This document shows positions 27,339-39,641 of a stretch of 64,000 bases of DNA, one piece after another. The stretch comes from Phoronis australis. Lineage: Eukaryota; Animalia; Phoronida. The stretch's first letter is position 1. Each line of letters begins with the position of its first letter. The stretch is taken from positions 35,374-99,373 of the forward strand of contig NMRA01000919.1 of the NCBI GenBank assembly GCA_002633005.1. Reading direction: 5' to 3'. The notes beneath the pieces are model-generated. The model saw nothing but the letters and a program-made list of their open reading frames with translations, was not told the DNA's origin and ran no database searches. The position numbers and the translations under genes are program-made.

Positions 27339-28479
27339 GTCTGTGCTCAGAATACCCAAACTGCTGGTTTTAGTAGGGGTCATTCACAACTATCACCTTT
27401 TCCTCACCAAGACTTCAGCATGGGAGAGGTTCGAGACCTGCTTATAGCACACGTTTTTTACTTCATGAAAATGGCATTGTAAAAAAACTAAGTTTAACAT
27501 TTTCTTTTTCCTTTTTCATGTTTTTATGTATGTAACATAATAACTTACAGCTTTGAGTACCACCAGATGGTTCTTTGATGGAAACTATGCAAGCAGTAGT
27601 GCAGTGACTGACATCTCATTGATGTGTAAACAAGGAAAAATTCAAGAACAAACAGACAAGTAGTCTAAAAATATCAACATTGTGGAACGATGGTCGGCGA
27701 GGAAAATGAACACTTGTGAACATGGCAATGTTGATGAACAGTCCCTTGGGATATTAATCAGTATAAAACTCGCGTTGCATGAAAAAGCTTTTGATTTAGA
27801 CTGTTCAACTTGCGTGTTACTCAAATCAGACGTGATTTCTGGGTTTGGAAATGCTTGACAATTCGTTACTGGCTGATACTTGTACCTGAGGTGTAACCTG
27901 TCAGTTTGTCACGGCAGGTAAGTTCAGGGTCTTAAGCAATAAGAAACTCTGTGTGTTCTTTCCAAACCCAGATACCATTTACCAGCTTCTGTAATGAACA
28001 TTTTGAGACAATTCTAAGTTGTAAGTAGTTTTGATCGAAAGTCTGCATCTTTGACAAAACCTAAAGTAGTTTTAACATTATTTTACAGACTAACGCTTTA
28101 TTTGCAAATTCCCAAACTTCTTAAGTGTGTAATTCATTGTGATCCAAATGGTCCTCAAACATTACCTAACAACAAAAACTACTGAGAAAATTTCAAAGTA
28201 ATTCATTTGATACAAAAGTATGGACTTTCATGTTTTACGCAGTTAAGAGCCATCTGGTGGAATATTATGTTACAGACAGAACACAAATGCACTGAACTGA
28301 CTTCTACCTGTGAAAACTTTTCTGTATCTTAGTGGTGATTAATTTTTCTAAACCACGTTCATTGCTTTTCGAAATATACTGGACAAATATAAAAGACATG
28401 ATAAAGTGTTTTTAGGAAAAAACAAGTATGTGTAGTTTATATTCCAGATGTGGGGTACTATTTTGTTTCTCTTCTCCAG

Positions 28480-28747
28480 CCAAGAAGCTGTCAACTTTGT
28501 TTACAAGCCAGTGTCTGTTGAGGTTGTCACAAGTAACCATGGCAGGTTAGTGTGCAGAACATATCAACAAATCCATCCTCTTAAAGAGGACCAACGACCC
28601 TCTGACGTATACAAGAAAGTGATAATCAAGGGTGCAATGCAGCATAGTATTCCTGATCACTATGTTCAGTTCTTGAAGTCCATACCATCAAACGGTTATG
28701 ATGATGAAGTGATGGTGGATGTTGACGTCAGTGATATTCACTTATAG
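28480..28747 (+). CDS. GGCT: GGCT-like gene A, coding exon 3 (catalytic Glu, stop)
   Basis: ctccag|C completes Ser, then QEAVNFVYKPVSVEV...CRTY...PSDVYKKVIIKGAMQHSIPDHYVQFLKSI; TAG ends at 28747; AATAAA at 29171-29176. Confidence 0.9.
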
Positions 28748-31700
28748 TTAGTTTGGAGGAAAATGAGACGAAGTATTGTTTGAAGCCATAACCATATGCA
28801 CATGATGCAGTGTACATTGGTGGGAGTTTTTTGCAGCCAGTGTACACTTTTAAATATCCTATTCTGTGGGCTAAACTGTCAACATTTTTTGAAGTACGCA
28901 TGTAGTCTGTGAAAGGACAACATTTTAAGCACACATTTGTAAGTAGTCTGTGGAAATCATTTCCATGTAGTGGAAGGTGGGCAGTCGACATTTTTTTAAT
29001 TGGGTGGAAATTATATCCGGGTGAGTGGACAGGCAACAATTTTTAAGTGCTGTAAAATTCTGCAGTTTGGGACAAAATTAACTGCTGAAGGGGCACAGCA
29101 ATGGCAGAAACGTTAACGACTTTTAAAAGGATCTTTGATGTCAGCTACGCTATGTACTGAATGTGTTCACAATAAAGTAGTAATTACATGTAAAAGCGTT
29201 CTTTTAGAAATATTATCACAAGAAGTTCCACTTACCTTCCATATGTCCTAAACTTATTTTTTACCATAAAGATATGAAAGACAGTTTTCTGATACCACGT
29301 TTGCAAAGATAAAACAGTGATTGTCAAATATTTCCAAAAAAATGATGAATACCTAGTGTTTCTAACGCACTTGATATACAGGCGGGCTGTATACTGGCCA
29401 ACTAGTAATGAATGTAGTTGTAAGCCAATGGCCAAATAAAAAAACAAAGGGAGGGTCTCGGATCCAATTTCAAGTGTCAAATTCGGAACGTGGCGCAATC
29501 GTAACGGAACTATGGCTAAGTATAGGCTCTCCCGCGATATCCCTGGCGATCGGCAGTGGCGCTGGGCACTACGACTCCGTTTTCGTCGTCTGCTCCACTG
29601 TGCAATGAGAAAGAAAATAAAATCTGAGTGATGATGAAAAAACAGAAGCTGCTGGTAAGATGTCAATTCTAATCGAAGCCTTAGTGAATCACTCACAAAC
29701 TCATTAATTGTCTCTTTGTCAAACCTTAACTTAAGACGATTTCCAAAGCAATCGCGTCATTATTAACAACACAAAAAACGGATTTGGTCTTTTGGGCAAT
29801 TGAACGCTATTTCAAATACAACAAATTTGTTACGAACTGATTGCACAAAATATTAAGCATTACAAAAGAAGTAGGTTTCGCGCGCAAACACTGTGATTCA
29901 TAAACAAGTCTAGCCAGTTCTGTTAGTATAGTTCAGCAACACTTTTTTCGTTTTTTATAAATAATAAATCCTCTACAAAACTGAATTTGTTGATTCTAAG
30001 TGGGCGTTTAAGAGGAAATTTTCCGCCAATAAAAGTTCCAACAGCAAATAAACGGCATATTTTTCCGAATAAACGCACATGGGCGTTTCATCGGGTGGGC
30101 TTATCTACGGAAAACCCCGGTATTAGTTTTTTTACAAACGTTAAAATGTAAGGCGGGTGGATTTCCTACTTTGCTTTACTTTGCGATTCACCAGTGTAAT
30201 ATAAAAATACCTACTCGGGGTTACTAACCAGTCGTCGTAGCGGTTCACAAAAGCACATGTGTACAGGGTAATGCTGGCTCGCACCACAGCATTTACTACA
30301 CATGAAGAATTTGTTTTCTCATGACGCTGATTTTACCTTGACGGAGACTGCAAGGTGATAGAACTAACTTAGGGCAAAATCACAAAATCGGCTTTAGCAT
30401 CCGGCTATATGGTAGTACCCTCCACTCATTTTAAAACCTGCGCTCACCCACTGCAAAAAAATAACGTCCGCCGCCCGCATCAATTTCAGCAGAGTTCTGG
30501 TTGATCGGTTTGGCAATTTGAGGGAGCTTGGTGAGGAGATATCCCTTCTCCGCGCTGGTGACCGACGACTTTTATTGACAAAAGCGACACAAGAATCCTT
30601 CAGACACTTAAATCTCTGAAGAAACACTACGAGTCGGCCCATAGGAAGTTTAAAATTATTTTACAAGGGCACAAACCAAGTCGACTTTGCCAAACTTATA
30701 CCCCCCCCCTTTCCTAGTGTCGCCACCACCTCCGAGCCCCTCCCCATTCTCCGGATGTTGCCAATTTTTAGGGCTTGGGTTTTTATTTTAAGAGGATTTC
30801 CTCTTTTTGGTTTCAATTTCCTCTTGCTAATTGACGCCCAATTTCCTCTTTTTGTTCCCTTTTTATCATTTTTTTTACTTTAAAAACTTTATTTCAACAA
30901 AAAATATCTCTATCACACAAGTCTGCCTGTTTGTGGAAAGATACATCAACTAGAATTTTTTCTCTTAATTTTGTACCGACCCCCCACGCCTGCAATAGGT
31001 GGGGGGCACAAACACAGGGGGCCAGCCATCAGAAAAAAAATTCAGGTAGACGGTGTGAGGATGCGGCCTCATGGCCAGATGAATAGCTGGGAGATCGGCT
31101 GTCTGCCTCAAGTAAATTGTAGCTCAGTCGCACTGCTCACGCCAACTGAACCTGTGAATATTGATTGGATGAAACAGACCAGCCGCTGGTCAGCTCAGCT
31201 ATGATTCACTTGAGACATGCAGCTCATCTCGCGCCTCGGTCTGCTTTGGCCCTCGGGCTGGTCCTTAAGTCAAGATTCATTTTATTTGTGTTCAGTATGG
31301 GGAAAGTTCACTTTATTAGGGTCATGCATTGAGGTATATTTTGAACTGAAAGCGTGAGGGTCCGGGGTCCTTGGTATACTGCTTTTGGGCCTGTTTCAAA
31401 ATGTTAAAACACGGTTAGCTCATTTTCTGGTAGTTGCAGGGCAAATCATATACCGACACATGACCTGGTGTGCCAAAAATGTACTCACACTTTAGTACAA
31501 CGCCGGGAGTTCAAATTCAATTCCCGTGTATTAGATTTTGCGACCAGGCCTTCTGTATGGTTACTTGTTGTTTTGAATGTGGGTGCATGAGCCAGCGTGA
31601 ACTCTGAATGCACGGGAATGGTCAGCATTAACGACTCACTAGTTTTGGCCGAATGAAAATATCTAAATTTTCTAAATATTAAATTGTGAGTACATTTTGG

Positions 31701-33711
31701 ACACCGTGTTTGAACTATCCGAATTTTATCGATATCTCTAACTTATTTCAGATAGGCAAAAATCGTCTAGTGTACGTTGCATTTTGATGATTGGGTGATC
31801 GAGATTCTCTCTGCAATTACATTCACTGTAGCATCACCACTGAAATCTACTATTTTAGCATCTAACAATCATCTATTAATCAGTGGATATTCGTAGATAC
31901 ATAGGTATGTAAATCAGAAACCAACAAATTTGTTGTTTATCGAAACATAATATTATAAGCAATACTCGAAGGCATACTCGAAGGTTCTTGATGGGCAACC
32001 GCCGGGGGACTACGGAAGACGGGACATTCCGCAGGATTTGCCCCTACCCCCAATATCTTTTCCCCTAATGTAGTCGTGTTAACGTCTATTTTAGTTCATT
32101 TCAGAGGTACAGTACAGTTCATGCGTTAAACTTGGAACTCCAAAAATCGTTAAGATATTTTTTATCATTGCCAGTACATGTACATTTCTTTGAGTACCTT
32201 TAATCCTTTGGACAGTGTACTCTGTGCACGTTCATGAAAAAATTGTACCCCCGAAAGTATGTTAGACGTGTGCGAGTTCTTACAAACAATTTTAGTTAGA
32301 ACCTCCAAGAGAAACACTATTGTTATGATACTACGGGAAAAATACCGACATTTCATCGTTATAGAACCATCGAAAACTCCTTTTCTGTGTAATTTACAAA
32401 TAGTATTCTTCAAGTTCTACGTGACTTTCATCCTTTCGTTCAGTGGCGGTCTATCCAATTGCATTTTTATGCTATAATTTTCGTTGTTTGGGCCGAATGC
32501 TGCAAGTTTTGTCATTTTTTTAAGTATTTGAAAACTTCATGAGGAACCCTTTCCAGCTGAAAATTGACCGTCGGACGGCCTTCGTCCGACGGTTGGAGTT
32601 TGCTAATGCGATCACAATAGCCCATTGAATTCAGTCCAGCTGCCTGGCCTGCTTGGTCACGTACGTAATCCTTTAATGACACCTCATTATGCCATAAAAC
32701 TACGTGCCTGTCGACTATTGGCAAAAAAAATAAAGTTTATTTTAAAAATCTACCTGCCTAACCGAATTCCTCGCGAAAANTTTCGTTGTTTGGGCCGAAT
32801 GCTGCAAGTTTTGTCATTTTTTTAAGTATTTGAAAACTTGTACTCTCGTGACTACGTTGACAGTGCCGGATTTATAAAGTGACAAGAGGGTACTTGGCCT
32901 TGGGCAGCTCTCTAAGAGAGGATCCCGTCTAAAAGGGGACCCCTTAATATGAAAGGCTAAAGATCATTAAAATGGAAAAGAGTGACATTTAATTCCGTCA
33001 TCGTTTGACCCTTCACGAAATTACCTTTTTTAATAAAAAGTTCCACGATTTCACAAATACAGAAAAATAGACTCTGAGGCAGTCGATTCCTTAAGCGGCC
33101 TCTTAAGAAGTTGCCAATAAAAAACAGCGTGGCTGCTTCTAAGGGCTAGGTACCTAAATATGAAATGATATATAATTTCAAAAAACATGAATGGCAGCAA
33201 CTGGTGCCATCTGTCAGGTTTTCACTTTTTATTTGGTGCAGAAGCTTACAAAATTGCTTTGACGTTTTCGAAATACATGAATGAATCATTAATTCGCACA
33301 TTTTCAATACGTTTAGCGGGCGATCTGGGCTTCAAAATATGGGTCCCCCAATAATGTTCTACCAAGGGCCCTCGAATGAAAAATTAGCATGCGCTCAGGT
33401 AATGTTCTCTTTCTTTATTCTCCAAATTTCGCTGTCTTTCTGTTCTCGTCTGTCCCAGGCCCTACGCCTATGTCGATTGCCACGGTTTAACCCTGACGCC
33501 TGCCCACTGCAAATTATGGGGCATGTGTCTCTCCCCCACTCAGCCCCCCCGCTTCCTACGACCCTGATTATTTTTCAGTAAGAGCATTTATCAGCTAAAG
33601 CCGGTATAAATCTATCAGTTTATCGTATCAGCATCTTTATTTTTATCCATCATTGTTACTACATAACTCCCAATTAGGCCTTAACTAAATGCGTATCGAG
33701 AAGAGAGTTCA

Positions 33712-34278
33712 TTAAACTCGAGTCTGTATGTATTTCTTGTAAGCGAAAGCCCCTATGAGACCAATTGCCACCAGGCCAATCAAAGTCGGCAGAAGAATAC
33801 CAGATCCTCCCTCTTCACTCTTCTGAGCCTCAGGTGGAATTTTTTCTTCTGGTTCCTTGTTTTCTTCTTTTACGCTCTTCGGAACAGCTTCTGGTATCGT
33901 CTTGGGAGGTTCTACGCCAGTGCGCGAAGGGTCGACAACAACACTCTGTCCACTAGCAGTCACTTCCGCCGGGCGATTAATCCTCGACTGTGGGATGATC
34001 TTCATCTTTACTTGTTGGCCTGCGCCTTTGAATTTGTCTACAGCTCCAGCGTGCGTGACATTTTGCAAGGGGTGTCCGTTTATTTCAACGATTTTGTCGC
34101 CGGGTTTCAGCCGACCGTCTAAGTGAGCAGCTCCCCCTGGATGCACTTTAGTTACGAAGATGCCGCTGTCGTGTTTGTAGCAGGGGTGATCGGTTCCACC
34201 ACGAATGTTAAACCCCAACCCATTACCAGTTCTTGCCAAGGTGATGATGGTGATGTCATTTGGTGAGTAGGTCTCCAT
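33712..34278 (-). CDS. SYNJ2BP: Single-PDZ, C-terminally tail-anchored protein (synaptojanin-2-binding protein / OMP25-like), intronless CDS, 188 aa
   Basis: PDZ motifs GLGFNIRGG, GIFVTKVHPGGAAHLDGRLKPGDKIVEINGHPLQNVTHAGAV; Pro/Glu/Lys-rich linker; TM helix ILLPTLIGLVAIGLIGAFAY followed by basic KKYIQTRV; minus-strand AATAAA at 33636-33641. Confidence 0.88.
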   Translation of the reverse strand: METYSPNDITIITLARTGNGLGFNIRGGTDHPCYKHDSGIFVTKVHPGGAAHLDGRLKPGDKIVEINGHPLQNVTHAGAVDKFKGAGQQVKMKIIPQSRINRPAEVTASGQSVVVDPSRTGVEPPKTIPEAVPKSVKEENKEPEEKIPPEAQKSEEGGSGILLPTLIGLVAIGLIGAFAYKKYIQTRV

Positions 34279-34988
34279 GATCTTGGCTATTGTGTGTGAA
34301 GGATGTTAAGAAGATCAAAGTTACCCCGACTGGTTGTGAAAAGTCCCCGGATGCGATGGATAAAGGATGACGCCCTTTTGACGCTATCAAATTTTGCCAT
34401 CTCCGTGTTATTCATTTTTTTCTTTCTTTTGCGTGAGGCGACTCGGAGACGGCAACATATTGTTTTAACTAACCATTCAGTCAGTGCATGTGATGGGTAA
34501 CCCCGCTGTCTGGTTACGTGTGTTTTCGAGGTTCCTTTGCAACCCCAATGCTGTCAAATATCATAGTTGTTGAGAAAAAGGTTATCGACTTTGATATCAA
34601 GTGTTTTTCAAAATGTGAATTGTAAGTACAGTCTACTGTACCTGATTGGTAATAAACATTATCTTTATTGATGATCAGTCGCCAATTAAGTTTGCTTAGC
34701 ATGATTGTTTAGGCCTACTACTACTACAAACAAATTTCAATATGAAAATGTATATTCTTATGGAGTACTCGGAATATGATTTTAACACCTAGATAAGATC
34801 ATAAAAATCACCATTCAGGCAGCTGCAGTGTGTAATATTGTATCATAAAAATATTCTCCATTATCGCCATTGCTGTGCATCTTTGTATATATCATGTTAC
34901 AGCAAGTTGCTTATGACTGACTTACTTTCTTATGCATGCACGTGTACAAGGCAACGTCCGCGACAGCACGCGATTGCGACTCTTATAG

Positions 34989-35140
34989 CAGTGGCGGATT
35001 AGAGGGGGGCCAAGGGGGCCATGGCCCCCCTAAAATTCTCCCAGATTCAATTTGGCAGCCGGTCCGAATGACTGACGGGAAAAATCCTGGCTAATACTCT
35101 GCCCTGGCCCCCCTAACTCAAAATCCTGGATCCGCCCCTG
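34989..35140. mobile_element. hAT-like MITE with 5-bp TSD (tatag)
   Basis: tatag|CAGTGGCGGATT...GGATCCGCCCCTG|tatag. Confidence 0.85.
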
Positions 35141-35550
35141 TATAGTTCCACAGAACGAAGTTGAAATGATTGTTCAAAACTTCATGAGAAGCTTTTACGA
35201 CGAATTAATTAGTTTGGTACGCCACTTTGAATTTTGGCAGAATGTTGACTGACTCGAGACAATCGTGCGGCTATCCCCAACTTATGTTGCCGACACGTCG
35301 TATGACCTATAGCTACTCGCGTACTTGTATGTGACTACGGCTTAACATGGGCGTTTTGTAAATCGCCATTTGCGTCGTTGCTTTGATGGAGTCATGTCCA
35401 CACACAGCAAATAAAATTGATGCACTTACATGTAATACAGATACTTTCTGAAGAACGGGTCACGACACCGATGTAATGGGTATTGCCACCTTAATACCTA
35501 GGCCTACTGTGCAGTTGCGAGCTCAATATTAAAACTTAGCTTAAAAATAA

Positions 35551-35797
35551 TCACAGTTCAAGTAAATCTACGTCTCCTCTGAACCCATTTGTTTCTATGG
35601 ATTTAAGAAAGTCAATGTATTCTTGTGGCAATTTATTTTGCCGCGCTCCATTGAGCATGACGTCCAGGTAGGTATCTGACGGCAATCCTTCATGACTGGC
35701 TACCAGTTGGTAAGTTCGGCAAGTGATCGTAGCGCCATCTGCTGTGTGAACATCAACGGTAATTGGTTCGTACACATTTTCAGCCACGCCTTCCTGC
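35551..35797 (-). CDS. GGCT: GGCT-like gene B, coding exon 3 (catalytic Glu, stop)
   Basis: ttttag|G completes Met, then QEGVAENVYEPITVDV...CRTYQL...PSDTYLDVMLNGARQNKLPQEYIDFLKSIETNGF; TGA ends at 35551. Confidence 0.9.
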
Positions 35798-36249
35798 CTA
35801 AAACAATTAGAGTCAATCACGTTTGTGCTAAGGCTACTTATTTTACGACTGCTTTGTGACATTATGAAATGATGTTTTTGTGAAATATTGTGCGATAGGG
35901 TTGACTAAAAGCAATACCAGATTTCTAAAAAATACCTCCCAAATGAATTATTGAGAAATCGATCGAAATCAACACACTGATCGGCAAAAACCATGAGCAT
36001 TTCGATATCAAATCGGTGAAAACTAAGCCATGTTCATACCATGATTGGCGTTTGAAAATTTCAGTGTATACGTTCTTACGCCCGGAGTTACTGTATGAGT
36101 ACCCACATGTCTGAGTGCTCAACAACTTAGGCCGACTCGGAAAACACCTGGTACCAGGAGTCTTCCTGGCGGTATCTGGATATTCATTTACATACAGGTA
36201 CATCGCATTATACTATGCACCGGTACTAATCATGCTCCAAGACACTCAC

Positions 36250-36383
36250 ATGTCCAATGTCGTTAAATCCTGCATGAGCAATCTGTATACACTGCCCCAT
36301 ACTTCTGCGCCTAAGCGCCAGCCAATGGTGGCCACATGACCACCCCAGCGCGGAGAATATAGTCCAAACGACAGGTGAAAATT
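36250..36383 (-). CDS. GGCT: GGCT-like gene B, coding exon 2
   Basis: ccgcag|NFHLSFGLYSPRWGGHVATIGWRLGAEVWGSVYRLLMQDLTTLD-AT|gtgagt, phase 2. Confidence 0.9.
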
Positions 36384-37580
36384 CTGCGGAAACAGCACAA
36401 TTCACAGCATAAGCAGATTTTTGTGAAAGATCACAACCAAAAACTTTCGGGTAAGCGCATGAGTAACTTAAATGAAACATCAACTTATGATCTCATGGAT
36501 GCTTTAATAAACACATTTACATAAATATATGGGGAGGGGGTGGGGGAGGGGAACCAGTTGAATTCTGTTTCGGTAGCATCGAATCAGTTTGGATTATGCA
36601 ATTTAGTCTGCCTGTTTTTCACGTTCCAGGCCTCTTTAAGACTAGGTTGCAACGACAAAAATTCTCAGCAATTAACGCATTTTTATTTAGCATGGAGGAA
36701 ACGCCTTAATGGGCTTCGGGTATTTAGCAAGTCTGAACTAGTTAAAAAAGATGTATTGACTGGCCAGCCGATTTAAAGTGATTCCACTCGAGATGAAATT
36801 GTGGGTTTCGGTCAGCTCTGCAGGTCCGAGTTTTCACAATTTGCCCAATTTGTCATGATAATTTTTGGTTGTGACAATTTTGCTTGTAGTATAGTACAGG
36901 TTCAAATTGTTACAATAATGAAGTTGACGGTGGAATGTTCTAGCTACTATGACAGAATGACTCACCGATAGAATACATAACAATGTTCGATTTCAGATTG
37001 TGTTTGGCGACTTGGGCGTTTAATCGATGAGTACATGCAGGTATCAAAATGAGTCACTATGTTTCTGGCCTAACCTGGTTAATTTGAAATAGATCATACA
37101 TGTAAGTTCATATTATTACGTATGCATAGCTCTTCCCTTCACGAAGAGAAATGTATGCGCTTGTCCCGGGTGGAATTGTTTGGAAATCATTAGGGATCCG
37201 ATTAATAGCATACTCTGAATATTTAGTGGAGATACGTGACTTAACTTTTTAGAAACCAGTGGGTGACCGTAGACCATAAGTTCGATAAACCATGAGAGAA
37301 TGATTGGTCATAAAGAACGACTTTTTTCGAAAACGCTTCCGAGTCGTCGCCGCGGGTCGGGTGACCAGACTCTTCTTCGTATAAGTAATAATTCTGTAAA
37401 TGCGACCAGCTTAAAAGCAATGGCCTGAAAGTGACGCACCAACAAACAATCGGATGTCCTGCAAAGCTACATACTGAAATGACAATTCACTGCCTTAGTG
37501 TCGAGCCACCATTACCGCGTTTTCCCGTTGCTCCCAACTTGTTCGATTCTATAGCCCAACAACAAGTTGGGAAGTTTACC

Positions 37581-37737
37581 CAGTGGCGGATTTAGAGGGG
37601 GGCCAAGGAGGCCTTGGCCACCCGAAAATTCTCCCAGATTCCATTTGCCAGTACGGCGGTGCGAATGTCTGACGGGCAAAATCTTGGCTAATACTCTACC
37701 CTGGCTCCCCTAACTCAAAATCCTGGATCCGCCCCTG
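37581..37737. mobile_element. hAT-like MITE with 5-bp TSD (ttacc), nested in an older repeat in GGCT-B intron 1
   Basis: ttacc|CAGTGGCGGATT...GGATCCGCCCCTG|ttacc; same family as 34989-35140. Confidence 0.85.
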
Positions 37738-38346
37738 TTACCCCTGTAGCCAATATCTTACACGACTGATTAACTCCATTCTGGTATTTATGGTTGGAGG
37801 GCAAGCTCTCTTTTGTTCGATAATTGCTCTAATCTCCAACGAGATCGTATCTACCCTGACTGGGCTGTTGCTGTTAAAAATACAAATTAAGTTATAACAT
37901 ATTTGAACATAAACCAATAGCATTTCTGAAATCTTCGTAAAATGGATATTTAGTTTTTGAATCGCCAAAATCGCCCAAATGCAACCGAAGTTACGACAAT
38001 CTATTCTTTAAGAATATACCAAATCACTCTGAGTTTGACTGTGTTCACACGTGGTCTGTAATAAGCCTGGTAGATAATTCTCCTGCTTTTTTGTTGTCAT
38101 AATAGACAAAAGACTGTACTTGGCAGTTAACAAAGAAGCTAGATGTCATCACACGCTCAGAACCCCCTACGTCTGGCAACGTCACTGAACGGGAAAACGC
38201 TGTCATGGTATACTCACAGGGATTTTATTACCGGTGAAGCAAGCACATTTGACTGCACTTCATCGTTACAATTAGCAACCAGGTGAGTCATCTGTCCAAC
38301 GGGCACGGTACTTGTGCGAAAACGAACTAACCGTTCTTCAACTTAC

Positions 38347-38463
38347 GGATACTTTGCCCACTGTCTCGAATGTGGCCGATTTATTCATCTTTTGCAATCG
38401 ATCCAGAGATAAATTGCTTCCGTATCCGAAGTACAAAAATGTCTCCCCTGGTCCGTTGGCCAT
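38347..38463 (-). CDS. GGCT: GGCT-like gene B, coding exon 1 (CDS join 38463-38347, 36383-36250, 35797-35551; 165 aa)
   Basis: MANGPGETFLYFGYGSNLSLDRLQKMNKSATFETVGKVS|gtaagt, phase 0. Confidence 0.9.
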
Positions 38464-39641
38464 TGTGCAGTGTCTCGTAATCGTATTTCCAATTGCAAAA
38501 TAGCAAGCGACACAGAAGAGCGACCGTTGGGAAGCAATTAAGACGACCCACTTACCGATACAAATGTAGTGCCGGCATATACACTACACGTGTGGACCAG
38601 GCAGCGCGTTTGCACTAAATACACGCGTCTGGGTACCCTGACACGTATACAGATACCGATTATACGACTGATCGTGTTCGATAGCTCCACTGGTTCAGGA
38701 ACTTTCATTCATTTGGTGAATGGAAACATTCACCATAGACTATAGTACATGGACCGCCAACTCCGAATGCTTTCAATGGACGAAATCTGTGGTGTTATGC
38801 AAAAGCCGTTACTACATTATTCACTAGCGACACCAGGCCAAATTGTCCGGATGTTATTTCCGGCAAGAATGTCGTCTACTAATCATGGTCGGCTGCTGTG
38901 TGGTCGAGTGATAGTACCATTGCTAAAAATATTCATCATGTCAACAGCGTTTCAATAACGAAATTATTATTTTTTTAGTTTTACTTGACTGTAAAATAGA
39001 TGCGAAAATTTCCCGTCACAATACACTAACCGGAAACTGAAACACATGAGATAATTTAGGAGAGTAGCTCCTCCTCTAGGATAGCATACAAGAAAATGTC
39101 GGAGTTGCGACTCTGTTGTCATCTATGCATTCACTGATCGATAGCCTCAGGGCTTCATGCGGCACTCTTGGGAGCTTCAACCCACACTTTGACCACATTT
39201 AGCAGCATATAATTTCACAGCTTATATGTATAGCCCTGGCTGTTCTTTATTTCGGATTTCGAATTATATCTCATCAAATCTTATTCAGCCCCCACTTAAA
39301 ATTTGTCATTCTGATTCATACGATTTCACTGAAATTTGTATTCAAAATACCACGCAGTGATTGGTCCAATGACCAAAAGAGTCGAAGGAAATCGTAGCAC
39401 ACTCAAACGACAAGTGTTATACTCGGTGAGCTCATGAAGACTCACCTGTCTATAAACTTCTGATTAATCGTACGTTTGCGAAGACCTATACGACGACAGG
39501 CGGGCATTAGACCTACACTGCAGGCTACACTAGTGCTTGTGCCCGTTTCCGGTGCAGAATAATCAGGGAGTGTGTCCAGGAGATCCATTCCACTGTAGAC
39601 CGGACACTCAGTAGTTGAGAGGGACTCTGCATGCGCAATTC

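Noticed and set aside
29232-29696. 154-aa ORF, plus ORFs at 7189-7807, 11454-11885, 46271-46666, 47380-47838, 58413-58799 and 62080-62514
   Set aside because: No recognisable domains or splice context, and several lie within repeats; likely chance ORFs.
32478-32839. ~60-bp duplication flanking ~240 bp, resembling a large TSD
   Set aside because: The second copy starts right after a single N (32780); likely a scaffolding artefact.
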